Below, piece by piece: positions 12,820 through 26,290 of a stretch of DNA of 64,000 nt. The stretch lies in contig NC_043006.1 in NCBI RefSeq assembly GCF_006345805.1, forward strand, positions 73,904,001 through 73,968,000, in the 5' to 3' direction. Position 1 is the stretch's first letter; every line of letters begins with the position of its first letter. Both the position numbers and the translations under genes were made by a program. The DNA is from Octopus sinensis. Lineage: Eukaryota. The notes below the pieces were generated by a model. That model saw nothing but the letters and a program-made list of their open reading frames with translations. It had not been told where the DNA came from and searched no databases.

Positions 12820-13165
12820 TTTTAAGGGGAGGGGCTAGTAAATTACATCGAACTCAGTACTCAACTGGTATTATTTTATAATATTTTCTACTCTAGGAGC
12901 AAGGCCCGAAATTTTTGCTGAGGGGGCCAGTACGCAGTACGCAGCTGGTATTTAATTTATCGACCCCGAAAGGATGAAAGGTAAAGTCGGAATTTCAACT
13001 CAGAACGTAAAGATAGACGAAATACCTATTTCTATTTCTTTACTACCCACAATGGGGCTAAACATAGAGAGGACAAACAAGGACATACAAACGGATTAAG
13101 TGGATTATATCGACCCAGTGCGGAACTGGTACTTATTTAATCGATCCCGAAAGGATGAAAGGATG
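12820..13165 (-). mobile_element. SINE family B headless multimer
   Basis: Junction GACGAAATACC|TATTTC at about 13017-13032; mixed tails. Confidence 0.75.
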
Positions 13166-14329
13166 AGTGGAGCCCTTAAACATATTAAACGCGAAATTCC
13201 TCATCATAGGAGTTCTTAACCTGTTTTCTCTTTTGGATTACTTTTATTCCTATTTCACTCTACTGGACCATCAAAGCCATCTGACATTTTTAAAAATTAA
13301 CATATATTTATAATTAAATTTTACTACGAATTGTATCTAAAAATTGTTAGAATATCTTCTGTATTGTAGAAATATATAAGATTTATTGCTTTTAATCTTT
13401 AACAACTAAATCGTATGTGGACCCCCGTGGGTCATGTGGATTCCAGATCATGAAAGATATAATAATTATGACATAAATTCTCTAAATCCTAAACGAGGCA
13501 TTATTTACTGAGGACGTCGTTAAAACATACATTATAAGTTCCTCTAAAATCAATGCACCACTGAGTGAAATGCACACGTTCTTTGAGCGACACTCATACT
13601 TGGTCCTCAGATCCTTGAATGAACAACTCTTAAACAGTCATTTTGTCTCTGTGATTAAAAATATTGATTTAAGCGTAGTTTTAATAAATGAAGCCCTTTA
13701 TAAGCACTGCTGAATATATTGGTTCCGGAAAATCCGTTTACAGTGTATATTTTAAAAAAAATAGGGGGAACTTTACAGAAATAAGGAGTACATTAACTAG
13801 TGGAAAATATGGAACACATTCAGAATACAGAAAATTCTGGCTGAATAATGTCAGGTTGAGTACAATAAGTATTTTTTAGTGAAATCATGTTTTATCGCCA
13901 ATGAAGCAACGTTGTTTTGATCTAATTATGAGTTTGTATATGAACGTCCTTCAGTGCTTTGGTATTCTATGATGATGAGCAATATCGAGAGGGTTACTTG
14001 TTAATGAATGTGTTAATTGCAGTTTTATTTTTTTAACAAAGTGCTTGATGTGTATTACTTGAGTTGTTAGTTTTATAATATTCATTTACGAAATATTATA
14101 TGTATGAGAAAGTGAGATGTGGGTTTTGAAAGAAGAATACTAGAGTAAGTGGTGGGCTTGGGTTACTTAATGAGAGATGACTGGTGTGACAAGTTGTAAG
14201 AAGAGACAGCAATGAAGTATGAATAAAAATTCGCTTTGTATTTCGAGTTTTAGTTGTATATACATATATACATACATACATACCCATTCATATATGCATC
14301 CATCCTTATATATGATCATAGTCATATCC

Positions 14330-14535
14330 CTTCTTCTTCTTCTTCTTCTTCTTCTTCTTCTTCTTCTTCTTCTCTTTTTCTTCTTATTCTTTTACTTCTT
14401 TTTCTTCTTATTTTGCTGCTACTACTACCACCACCACCACCACACCACCACCACCACCACCACCACCACCACCACCACCACCACTACTACTACTGCTACT
14501 ACTACTACTACTGCTACTACTACTGCTACTACTTC

Positions 14536-14583
<48 letters not shown>
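14330..14583 (+). repeat. Compound (CTT)n/(CTA)n/(CAC)n/(ATT)n microsatellite
   Basis: Directly visible. Confidence 0.95.
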
Positions 14584-14585
<2 letters not shown>

Positions 14586-14782
14586 AAGGGGCCGAGCTGG
14601 CAGAATAATTAACGCGTTCTGATTTCAAATTCCGCCGAGGTCGGCTTTATCTTTCATCCTTTTGGGGTCGACAAAATAATCACCAATTGAACATTGGGGA
14701 CAATGTAATTGACTCATCCCCTAAAATTGCTGCCCTTGTGATAATATTTAAAGCCAAATTATCATTATTATTATTATTATTA

Positions 14783-14828
<46 letters not shown>

Positions 14829-14829
14829 T

Positions 14830-15268
14830 CCTTCTTCAAATTTTCTTCCGTTTCTCACCGAGTGTTTTCCATATATCTAGGGCAGAGAAGGGTATTGTAT
14901 GCATTCCCAGATTACACGCGCAAATTCACAGATAAAATATGTATTTAAAAATTAATAAATAAATAAATTCATGGATGGATGTTATTTTCACAGCGATACT
15001 GCTCTTCTCAGTACATGAGCCGTTCCAGTTAATACGATTTTTTGCACTTCCTGGAGGGATAGTGAGCCTGGAATAATTTTCAAATAGGTTTCAGTACCTT
15101 TTTTTATCATTCCTAGAGATCCTACAATCACTGGTACTGTAGTCGCCTTGAGATGCCACATTTTTTCAATTTCTATTAGCAGGTCTTTATATTTACTAAT
15201 CTTGTCAAATTCTTTCGCCGCTATATTGTAATCACAGGAAATACTCATGTCAATTAATAAACACATCC

Positions 15269-15272
<4 letters not shown>
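14830..15272 (-). pseudogene. 5'-truncated R4/Dong-clade element: restriction-like endonuclease C-terminus plus 3' UTR
   Basis: CLLIDMSISCDYNIAAKEFDKISKYKDLLIEIEKMWHLKATTVPVIVGSLG...QKIVLTGTAHVLRRAV* (14988-15270) matches the RLE-domain ID..P..K.KY.DL / P.V.G.LG pattern. (ATT)n tracts on both sides. Confidence 0.85.
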
Positions 15273-15347
<75 letters not shown>

Positions 15348-15534
15348 CATTATTATAACCTGCATGCTTCATGCAATCACTTGCCGGGACGCACCAGCCA
15401 CCCTAGGGAAGGGGAAGTGGGGAGGACAGTACAGAGATATATTCATATAATACAACACAAACACATAAAATATTAAGGTTTTATAAAGATGCATGCAGAT
15501 ATGGGTACAGTACGTCTACTTCTCCTCCTCCTCA

Positions 15535-15576
15535 TCGTTATTCTTCTTCTTATTATTATTATCATTATTATTATTA

Positions 15577-15619
<43 letters not shown>

Positions 15620-15810
15620 CATTATTATAATTATTATTATCATTATTATTAGTATTATTATTATTATCATTATTATCATTATTATCATCATTATTATTAT
15701 CATCATTATTATTATCATCATTATTATCATCATTATCATTATCATCATTATTATCATTATTATTATTAACATTATTATTATCATTATCATTATTATCATT
15801 ATTTATTATT
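15535..15810 (+). repeat. (ATT/ATC)n microsatellite
   Basis: Directly visible. Confidence 0.95.
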
Positions 15811-18319
15811 GTAACTCGGATTTTTGTTGGAACTCCGGGAGTCTTGCGTACGTAGCGGCGTTGCTATCTGCAGCCTACGGCTCCACGTTATCTATTCCTG
15901 TCAACTGGGGTAGGTGTGTGTATATTGGACACCACCTATCCCATTACTTGATCAAGTACCAGTAGATTTCTTGAGTTGATATAATTATCGAGTTCCATTC
16001 CTTAACATTGATGGCCTGGTGCCTAAATTATATAAACCAATGTTAACAAGGTTACGATCTTGCTGAATCAGTATTTTTTCCGATTCTTCACATTCTGAGT
16101 TCAAATTCTGTTGACATTGATTTAGCCTTTCATTCATTTGGGGTCGGGTTCGATAAAACACAGTACCCAATAAGTGCTGGAGTTGATGGTTTCGAATTAC
16201 CCCTCGCTTGGCCTGTTGTCTCAGTTAGAAACCGTTAGTTTTTAGAAAGTATCAGTTTGGAGTATGGAATTTATTTCCATAATTTTCTCTTATTAATCTT
16301 CTATAAGAATCTGTCTAATTCCAATTTAATGCAAAATAATTTTTAGAGAAATACTGTTGTATCTAATTATTGCTTGACTATGGCAGAAGTTCCAATATAG
16401 TATACCGAGATACTTATATGGGCTTGGTCTTGTTTTATTTGAGATACAAAACCTTAGTCGATAATCTGGGCTTCGAAAGGCTGTTTATGCTTCATGAACG
16501 CGAACATAGGAGCGTTTTCATTAACTGTTTCTTTCTTCAATACAAATTTGCGTATCGATAAGAAAATGTCTGCTTCTATGGATTTATTAACAGAAAGAGT
16601 TCTCTTTCAAAAAAGACAAAAAATATGAAGAAAAGAATAAATGATTAGATGCTAGAGTGCATATCACGTATTCTGTTACGATATCGTATATTAAATCAAT
16701 TAGATACTGACATTGAGAGATGACTTTGCATTAATCTATTTGACCTCAACAATTTTCTGTATCACATATTTCATGTGACAGAAACAATATTAGCGAGAAA
16801 TCCAATTGTTTTTTCGGGGTTAGCATAACAACTTAATAAATTTCTAATACAGAGAAAAAAAATTACATACGCGGAATAGTTTACACAAAATTGCGCCTTT
16901 GATTTACGCTCAGTAAAAAAATTTGGAATCAATAGCATGGATTGGAATTCATATGTGAACATACACACACACACACACACACATACTCAGACAAATACTT
17001 ACACAGACACATACTCACATACAACCACATGCATATATATATACATCCATACAAACACGCATACACACACGCACATTAATTTCGTTCTTTATATCATACA
17101 CTATATATGACAGAAGGCTTGTAAAATGGTACAAATGGAAGACTAGTGGAATGATAGAAGTTTTAATGATATTCTTTAGAGGCACATAATAGTAAGATAT
17201 CGACATGTTCCTGATTTTTCTACAAAACTGGATTGTTAAGAACTGGCTTTCATCCCACGTTACAACATTATTGTGAATCAACATAGGAAAAGATCTAAAG
17301 CAATAAATTGTATAAATGTTTTTCAATCAATAACATTATTCAATGTAAATCCATAGAATTACGTTCTCTTTTAAAGAATTAATCCCTTTAGGCACACTTT
17401 TATGCATTGCTTTGAGGAAAAAGAATGCCAAATGTAAAATAGTGTTTTATATTATTAGATATACCAAAAACAAAATGGCTACCGTTGAGGAAAGCGTTGG
17501 GTGTCTTCTTTCAATTAACAAAGCGGATATTTCAAGCTGATGATTTGCATAATGTTTTTAGGTGAACATGAAATAAAATCTGCATTCCATTTATTTTCTA
17601 TACTTCCGAATGTTGTGACTGAATTTCTTTTCTGCTTATGGCGACAACTTGCAAAGTTTAACCTGGAAGATTCGTTTTAAAAGACTTCAAAATTAATTCT
17701 ACTTGAATTCTATTTATTAAATTTTACATTCATCGATGAACACAGAATCCAATATTAAGTGAAGACAAAACAAAATTTTTAAGTGCTTATTTGATTCATC
17801 TATTTTTTTCTTTTAGAACGACAATCTACTCTTAATGAAATCTAATACAGAATGATGTTATAAAACGAAACAGTAACGGTCCTATATATAATTATATACA
17901 TAAATTTTACATACACCTTAAATTCTGAGTTCAATAACAACGGTTTGCGAATAATTGACACGAATAAAATATAACATACATATGTTTTACTTGGAGTTTT
18001 ACTCTGAATATTTTTTTCTCCCCTGAAGTTTTTTCTGGTTTTCAAATCGTAGCTATTTAATTTAGCATTGTGTTTCTTTTCAACTATCTACATCAAAGTA
18101 AAAGTAAATCTACGTATTATGGCTTTCCTCTCCATCAATAATATAGAAATGTGAAATTCAGTCCCATCTTACGCAGAAAATAATGATAATTAACAAAAGA
18201 ATTCGTAGTGTTTCTTGAGATTGATTTAATTTCAAGATAGGAAATGAGATTCTAAAAAGAAGACTACAAGGTGTTTCTGAAAGATTGGATAAACAAGAGG
18301 CGATATCTCTGTTTATACA

Positions 18320-18518
18320 ATTAAGTTACTTATGTAGCTTCAAAATGGATTTCACTCTATTTCAGAGATACTCGCTGACCACGAATTCGATACGTAGGAG
18401 TAGGTGTGTCGTAAGTAGCTTGTTTACCAACCACATGGTTCCGGGTTCAGTCCCACTACGTGGCACCTTCGGCAGGTTTCTTCTACTATAGCCTCGGGCC
18501 GACCAAAGCCCTGTCGTA

Positions 18519-18573
<55 letters not shown>

Positions 18574-19815
18574 TTGTGTGTGTCTGTGTTTTTTTCCCCC
18601 AATATCGTTTGACAACCGATGGTGGTGTGTTTACGTCCCCGTAACTTAGCGGTTCGGCAAAAGAGACCAATAGAATAAGTACAAGGCTTGCAAAGAATAA
18701 GTGCTTGGGTCGATTTGCTCCAGCATGGCCACAGTCACATGACTGAAACAAGTAAAAAAGTATATGTATGTGTGTGCGTGTGTGTGTGCATGCTTATGTC
18801 TGTGTGAATGCACGCGTCTGTATGTATGCACTTGTGTGTGCATGTATGTGTATACATATGCGTTTGCGTATGTGCATTTAAACTACATTGAGTATAAATG
18901 GGGCATTAACTTGAGTAGACGTCGGTATTTTTATACACATTTTGCTTCATACCGCCAATCAGAAGGCATGTTTATATGGGTATATTTGTATTTAAATCTA
19001 GCTTATTATTGATATAAAATAACTGGCTTACATACTATTTACATACTACTTAAATATATATATATAGTTACTTATATAGCTTCCAACTGGATTTCACTCT
19101 ATTTCAGAGATACTCGCTAACCACGAATTCAAAACTTAGGATTAGCTGTGTAGTAATTAGCTTGCTTACCAACTACATGGTTCTGGGTTCAGTCCCACTG
19201 CGTTGCGCCTTCGGAAAGTGTCTTCTACTCCAGCCTCGGGCCGACCAAAGCCATGGGAATGGATTTGGTAGACGGAATCTGAAAGAAGCCTGTCGAATAT
19301 ATGTATATATATATATGTGTGTGTGCTTGTGTGTCTGTGTCCCCACCCCAACATTGTTTGACAACCGATGGTGGTGTGTAACTTAGCGGTTCGGCAAAAG
19401 AAACCGATAGAATAAGTACTAGGCTTACGAAAAATAAGTGCTTGGGTCAATTTGCTCGACTAAAGGCGGTGCTCCAGCATGCCACAGTCACAAGTAAAAG
19501 AGTAAAAGAGTATATGTATGGTGTGTGTATGTGCGTGTTTTTGTGTGTGTGTGTGCGCGCGCTTATGTCTGTGTGAATGCACGCGTCTGTATGTATGCAC
19601 TTGTGTGTGTATGTATGTGTATACATATGTGTTTGCGTATGTGCATTTAAACTACATTGAGTATAAATGGGACATTAACTTGAGTAGACGTCGGTATTTT
19701 TATACACATTTTCCTTCATACCTCCAATCAGAAGGCACGTTTATGTGGGTATATTGTATTTAAATCTAGCTTATTATAAATATAAAATAACTGGCTTACA
19801 TACTATTACATACTA

Positions 19816-19830
<15 letters not shown>
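18320..19830 (+). repeat. Tandem duplication of an approx. 740-770-bp unit
   Basis: GGATTTCACTCTATTTCAGAGATACTCGCT at 18347 and 19089; AACTACATTGAGTATAAATGG at 18881 and 19650. Each unit holds a SINE-C. Confidence 0.92.
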
Positions 19831-19890
<60 letters not shown>

Positions 19891-20082
19891 GTATATATAT
19901 TTATAATATACGTTTATGGATTTGTGTTGCAAGATTCCTGGTGATAAACCGTGTGTTGAAACAGATATTATTGTATTTCGGGATGGTCATCTATTTTTTT
20001 TTGTTGCTGGAGGGAGGTGGCAAATGCACACACGAGAATAAAGTAAGCGGAGCAGGAGCTTACACGAGGACGGAAAGTGTCG

Positions 20083-20115
20083 CTGAAGAGGCCACAGACG
20101 TGTGACGAAAGATTT
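20083..20115 (+). ncRNA. Hammerhead-like motif homologous to 24143-24187
   Basis: CUGAAGA-G-GCCACA-GACG-UGUGAC-GAAA-GA. Exact core; stem I is decayed. Confidence 0.4.
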
Positions 20116-20169
20116 CCAGGTGTGTGTGTTTATTTGCGCCTCCACTACGGGAGACCATCCCAAAATACA

Positions 20170-20249
<80 letters not shown>

Positions 20250-20732
20250 TACATATATATACATATATGCATACATATATATACATATATGCATACATAT
20301 ATATACATACATACAAGCATATATACACACATATGATGGTGAGTCGGTGGCAGAATCGTTAGAACGCTCGTTAAAATAACTAGCAGCACCTCTTCTTTCT
20401 ATATGTTCTGTGTTCAAATTCCGCTGAGGTCAGCTTTGCTTTTATCCTTTCAGGGACGATAACATATGTGCCAACAATTTGGGAACTTCATTCGATGTAA
20501 CCCACTTAGCCACAACCCTGAAATTTCAGGCTGTGTGAAAATTTTTGACCATGTTATGTACATATATGGAGTGATGTATCTTCGGTCATTGTGTATAACC
20601 GGTCTGAAAGTTACCATGGGTTTCGCGACGTCTATTGCACTGGACAGTGTAAATGTTTCATCAGATATGCTGGCCGGAAGCTTTCTCTTAATTTAAAAGT
20701 TGCAACGTTTCAAAAGTTTGTCTCAAACTTAC

Positions 20733-20882
20733 TGCGTAGAAACAAGTGAAACAGTTTTTTTCTCTCCCAAAGAATTTTGGTATGATCCCATTTCCGGGAG
20801 GCATGGAGTTTCCTTAACACTTGATCGCCATTGGATTGCTTTATTTTGAAATCCTCTCACTGTTTTCTGGATTTCTTCTATG
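20733..20882 (-). CDS. Candidate host-gene exon (unidentified)
   Basis: Strong donor GCA|GTAAGT where the frame closes; open frame IEEIQKTVRGFQNKAIQWRSSVKETPCLPEMGSYQNSLGEKKTVSLVST; weak acceptor. Confidence 0.22.
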
Positions 20883-20984
20883 CTTTAATTAAATTAACAT
20901 CTTCCCTTCCTGTATACAAAATCATAGAGACATCCTTGTCGAAGCTCAATCCTCCAAAGTTCTAAGTTATTTAATTTTGAAACA

Positions 20985-21148
20985 TAGGCGTAGGAGTGGC
21001 TGTGTGGTAAGTAGCTTGCTTATGAACCACATAGTTCCGGGTACAGTCCCACTGCGTGGCGTCTTCGGCAAGTGTCTTCTACTATAGCCTCGGGTCGACC
21101 AAAGCCTTATGAGTGTATTTAGTAGACGGAAAATGAAAGAAGCCCGTC

Positions 21149-21181
<33 letters not shown>

Positions 21182-21405
21182 GTGTGTGTGTATATACGCT
21201 TGTGTTCTGTGTCCCCCCCCCCAACATCGCTTGACAACCGATGCTGGTGTGTTTACGTCCCTGTAACTTAGCGGTTCTTTCAAAGAAACCAATACAATAA
21301 GTACTAGGCTTACAAAGAATAAGTCCTTGGGTCGATTTGCTCGACTAAAGGTGGTGCTCCAGCATGGTCACATTCACATGACTGAGACAAATAAAAGAGT
21401 AAAAA
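20985..21405 (+). mobile_element. SINE family C (CORE-like TTGGGCAAGT-type box; internal (TA)n(TG)n microsatellite)
   Basis: Head GGCGTAGGAGTGGCTGTGTGGTAAG..CCGGGTWCAGTCCC; internal microsatellite after GAAGCCCGTCG; tail ..CCAGCATGG..GACTGA..AAAAGAGT. Further copies at 18394-18760(+), 19136-19510(+), 43572-44027(+), 58519-59010(-) and 62582-63003(-). Halves at about 1195-1345, 1905-2055, 4085-4198, 23255-23430, 25430-25590 and 59722-59860. Confidence 0.88.
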
Positions 21406-22132
21406 GTGTTATCTTTCCGTTTTTAAATTTTCTAAATTTCTCGTACGTAATTATTATCCCGTCTGCCCAAATACTTTCCCCTTGCACACATTAAGTTTCC
21501 TCAAAATTTCCAGCTCACAGTATTTTTGGCAGACATTCCTTTTTGCATCGTATTTGTTCGAATGCATCATGAGCAATCATAGCAAATAAGTCAGTAAATT
21601 TTTCTTTCTAATTTATTAAACGCACATTGAGTGAATATCTTGTAACAAATTAGTCTGGCTTGTTGATCAATTAAAGCAGTTAATTATCTTCTGTAGCCAG
21701 CTTGTCTTATAAAGTGCTTCGGCATACCAAGTAACTTAACATCATATACCCCACACACCTCATATAGATTTGATCTTCTTTTTAAAGCCACTATGTAATT
21801 AAATAGAGGAAGTTTTTGAAAACTTTATAACTTCTTCATACTATATATCTTAGCCTGCAGGTCATATCATTTATAATGTTTCCAACAATTTCGTCAGCGT
21901 GATAATTTTTTCTTCTCAGATACATGTCTCGGAAGTTTTACGGTAACAACCTTTAAGCTGAGATATTTTAAATTTGATTATAATCGAATAACTAGAAAAT
22001 ATGATTCCTGTTAATATTACGACGATAACACAGAATATATAAAATAAAAATGATATCCATCAAAGTATGATCAAAATTTATCAGCATTTAAATATCTATT
22101 TTTAGAATTGTAACTTATGACCATTCTACATG

Positions 22133-22168
<36 letters not shown>

Positions 22169-22220
22169 TACATACATACATGTATATATATATATATATG
22201 CATACATACATACATACATG

Positions 22221-22268
<48 letters not shown>

Positions 22269-22644
22269 TGTATGTATGTATGAAAGTGTCCATTGTTTCA
22301 GTATAAACAGAGACAAACAATAAAACTTTGTTATAGTTAAAATAAATAACACCTTTGGAATATTGAAAAAATAATTCATAATATTTCGTCTGCACGAAGG
22401 TCAAAAGCGTGACCTCTCCACCAAAGAAAACGTACACTTTAATCAATCAAGTTGATATTGTTTACCATGAATCCATTTGAGATTACAACTGAGGCCAAAA
22501 TCAGGCTTAACATGATTTTAAGAACTCATATACATACATGCATACATATATGCTTATATATATATACACACATATGTTTTATGTTAAATAGACATACACA
22601 TATATGGATATGTGTATGTGAGCGGAATCATATCATATATAAAA

Positions 22645-22877
22645 AAGCAGTGGGCTGGCAGAAACGTTAGCATGCCGGCGACATGCTTAGCGGTATTTCG
22701 TCTGCCGTTACGTTCTGAGTTCAAATTCCACCGAAGTGTACTTTGCCTTTCATCATTTCGGGGTTAATAATTTAAGTACCAGCTACGCACTGGGGTTAAT
22801 GTAATCGACTTAATACCTTTGTCTGTTCTTGTTTGTCCCCTCTATGTTTAGACCCTTGTGGGCAATAAAGAAATAAG
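22645..22877 (+). mobile_element. SINE family B monomer
   Basis: Head to ...GGGCAATAAAGAAATAAG. Other monomers at about 14585-14760(+), 49793-50024(-), 55700-55910(-) and 60033-60258(+). Fragments at about 28050-28450(-) and 16075-16230. Confidence 0.85.
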
Positions 22878-22914
22878 GAATCATGTGATATAAATACACA
22901 CACACACATACATA

Positions 22915-22974
<60 letters not shown>

Positions 22975-23740
22975 ATATATAATATATATATATATACATA
23001 TATGTGTGTGTGTGTGTGTATATATGTGTATATATAGTGGACCGCAGAAATCTACAAGATTTTTTACTCTCTCCCTCTCTCTGACTCTCTCTCTCTCTCT
23101 CTCTGTTTAATTTCTCTTATTGCTGGAAGCGTAGGCCCGAAACTTAAAACATATTAATTTTTCTCGTGTGTCAAACTAATACACTTGCTTGTTTTTCATA
23201 CATCTGTCTTCGTCTTCTCTTTTCCTATAACTTTCAACTACGCACACATATATATTCTTTTATCAGTCATGTGACTGCAGTTATGCTGTCGCGCCTCTTT
23301 TAGTCGCCTTATTCTTTGTAGGCCTAGTACTTATTCCATCGGTCACTTTCGCCGGAGTGCTAAGTTACGGTAATGTAAACTCACCAATATCGGTTGTCAA
23401 GTGATGGTGGAAGTCAAATACAGACACATATACATACATACATACATACATATATGCATACATACATATATCAGGTTAACTGAACTAGAGGTTAAAATAA
23501 CCGTCTAAAGGATAGAAGTATCCATTATACTACCAATATACTAATTATGTTTAACCATGGGCATACATATGCAAGCATATTATGCTCATAAATTATAAGT
23601 GAAGACAATGATAAACATGAGTTTATCAAGAATCAAAATTTAAAGAAAGCAGAAAATGGAGAAATATCGATGAACAACAATTGACTTACGTCAATAATTT
23701 TTTGATTCAAAACAAAAAAAAAAAACACTGTATCCTATCT

Positions 23741-23844
23741 AACAGCTGTTTCTGCTTCCAATGTTGTATGGTATTGCCATTGATATGCTAAAAATATTTA
23801 ACATATTTGGTAATAAACCGATCTGAAACATGGAGCTTCATCAG
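23741..23844 (-). ncRNA. Hammerhead-like motif with long stem II
   Basis: CUGAUGA-A-GCUCCAUGUU..(about 60 nt)..AACAUUGGAAGC-A-GAAA-C-AGCU-G-UU. Stem III palindrome AACAGCUGUU; stem I only 2 bp. Confidence 0.45.
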
Positions 23845-24142
23845 AGTGAAGAATAAATAGAGAAGAAAAAGGGAAAAGATGAATATGGTTGTAATCATAC
23901 CATTTTGCTTGCGTATCTCTTTGGGACGTTAAGTAAATGACTAAACCAAAAATAGCAATTGGTGGATTAATCCTTTGTACGGCGGGGATAGAATGGATAA
24001 ATAATAAATAACAAGAAATAAAAAATAATAGTGGGATACGCCAATAGGTTTTAGTCGGAGAAGGGGTGAAAGTACAATATGGTTTTAGATTAATGGCTGA
24101 CGGTTAGTAAGGAGAGACACAAATAAGTAAGAAGAAAACAAA

Positions 24143-24187
24143 GGACCACTGATGCGGTCACAGAAGTGTGACGAAAGAACTCTGGCC
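24143..24187 (+). ncRNA. Hammerhead-like motif
   Basis: CCA-CUGAUGC-G-GUCACA-GAAG-UGUGAC-GAAA-GAAC-UC/UGG. Perfect 6-bp stem II; A9 changed to C. Confidence 0.5.
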
Positions 24188-25095
24188 GAAATAAGATTAA
24201 GATTAATGTAAAAAATAAATAATACTGAAGCAAAGTAACACCAAATATATAGTGCGTGTGTTTTTATTGGCTAAACTGGCAAAATGACCATTCCTAAATA
24301 CAACAATTTTAATAATAGTTATATTTGTAGTAATAATTAATAGTATTAATCATAGTAAAGGGCCAATCGGTTAAGTGTATTTTTATATTTATTTACTAGT
24401 AGGTGGTTAAGCCCTTCCACCAGTTATCTGAAGAGAGATAGACCAAGGCCCAACGTTCGATGTAATTGGTCAGTTAAAATTCAAAAACAGAACGTCTGCT
24501 ATTGAGCCCGTTATACGGAGTAAGATAAATTAATAAATGAATGGGAAAATAGTGTATGTTTCAAGGGGCCCTAAACGCTTAGGATAGTAAATACTATATT
24601 TTAAAAAATAATATTATTATGGAATAAATATTCAGAGAGGAACCTATTCGGACATTTAAGAAGTTAGGTGGCTAGGGTTGAAAACAGTCCAAAAGTTATT
24701 AATAGGAATGTGAAATTAGTAAAAACAGTGAAACGAATGTATTCCATAGGAAAATTAGGAAAATATTTAGGTTTAAGGGGAGGTAATAACTAGAGTAAGT
24801 GGCCTAAATATGGAACTACTGGTCTGCTAACCAGTGAACCGAAACAATGAGCTGACTAGCTAATTTCCAACTAATTGGCTAAACAATCTATAAATCAGTC
24901 AACCTAATGGTCAATTAAATAAGTAAAAGTAGATATCCCTAATTAGATTAGCGAATACAATTAATAATTAAAATTAAAAATTAAAATACTTGCAAATTGT
25001 TTTTACAGATGTAAGCTCTTACTACAATTGCTCATACATTTATACACAATAAAAATTTCAACATACTTATACATGCGTATGTACATACTCATATA

Positions 25096-25202
<107 letters not shown>

Positions 25203-25655
25203 TATATATACACGTATGTACATTCACATACACGTACGCACACTCACATACAGCATCCATCCATTCAAGTACACATATCTGTATACCCAAACCGTTATAA
25301 TATATATTATATTGTTATATTAATCTATACATGGACACACATTTGACAGATTCAACATCTGATCTCCTATGCAAGTATTAATACACATAATGACAATATT
25401 AATAGCGCGTAGAAAAGTGCTAACTGCAAAACGACGGGCTTCTTTCAGTTTCCGCCTGCCAAATCCATTCACAAGGTTTTCATCGGCCCGAGGATATAAT
25501 TGAAGACACTTACCCATGGTCCCACGCAGTGGGGCAGTGGGACTGAATCCAGAGTCGTGTGGTTGGGGAGCAAGCTTCTTACCACACACCCACTCTTATA
25601 CATACATACAATATGTATATGTATACATACAACATATATATACATACATACCATA

Positions 25656-25695
<40 letters not shown>

Positions 25696-26074
25696 TATGT
25701 ATGTATATATGGGCGATTCCCTTCCGTCATGAATGACCATGAGATTGCACCAAGAAATTAACCTCCGAGGAACAAGTCCGGGTAAGGTTGTTTATGGAAG
25801 AACTGCAGTCGCCCTTGCATGCCATCTTCCCCTCTCCACGGCACCGATGTTATCCAAGGGAAAGGCAAAGGCCGATACAGCTTGCCATCCATGACGTCGC
25901 AACTCACTTCCACAGCTGAGTGAAGTGGAGCAACGTGAAATAAAGTATCTTGTTCCGGAACACAGCTTCCTTAACTTCATAAATATATGCATGAAATTTT
26001 GTTATAATATAAAGGACATAATGGTAATTAATATGTGCAAGTCAACGTTTGCAACACCACGACATCACATATGA

Positions 26075-26290
26075 AAAATTACCGCTTAAATGGCAGCCAT
26101 TTTCGGCTACGCACGCTATGCTCTTTCCAAAACTTGCACAATAACACCCTCAAAGAGTTTCAGACCACACTTCTCTGATTTCTCTATTGATGTTCTTCTT
26201 CAGTTGCACCAGGGTCTCCGGTTTGTTAACATAAATCCTCTCTTTTAACTACCCCCAGAAGAAAAAAATCCGTGCTAGTCAAGCAATCCG
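26075..26290 (-). pseudogene. Tc1/mariner transposase C-terminal remnant
   Basis: FFFWG*LKERIYVNKPETLVQLKKNINREIREV..ACVAENGCHL, resembling DFFLWGYLK..VY..KP.T..ELK..I..EI...NGGHL. Confidence 0.7.

Noticed and set aside
13206-13460. Old hAT MITE (TAGGAGTTCTTAACCT ... GTGGACCCC)
   Set aside because: Right TIR and TSD are not recoverable.
20733-20909. 177-nt exon using the stronger TATACAG acceptor at 20910
   Set aside because: Stops in all three frames.
21870-21900. CTGACGA...GAAAC on the minus strand as a hammerhead
   Set aside because: No stem II or stem I pairing.
26170-26195. CTGAAGA on the minus strand as a hammerhead
   Set aside because: Lies in-frame in the mariner remnant (QLKK) and lacks stems.
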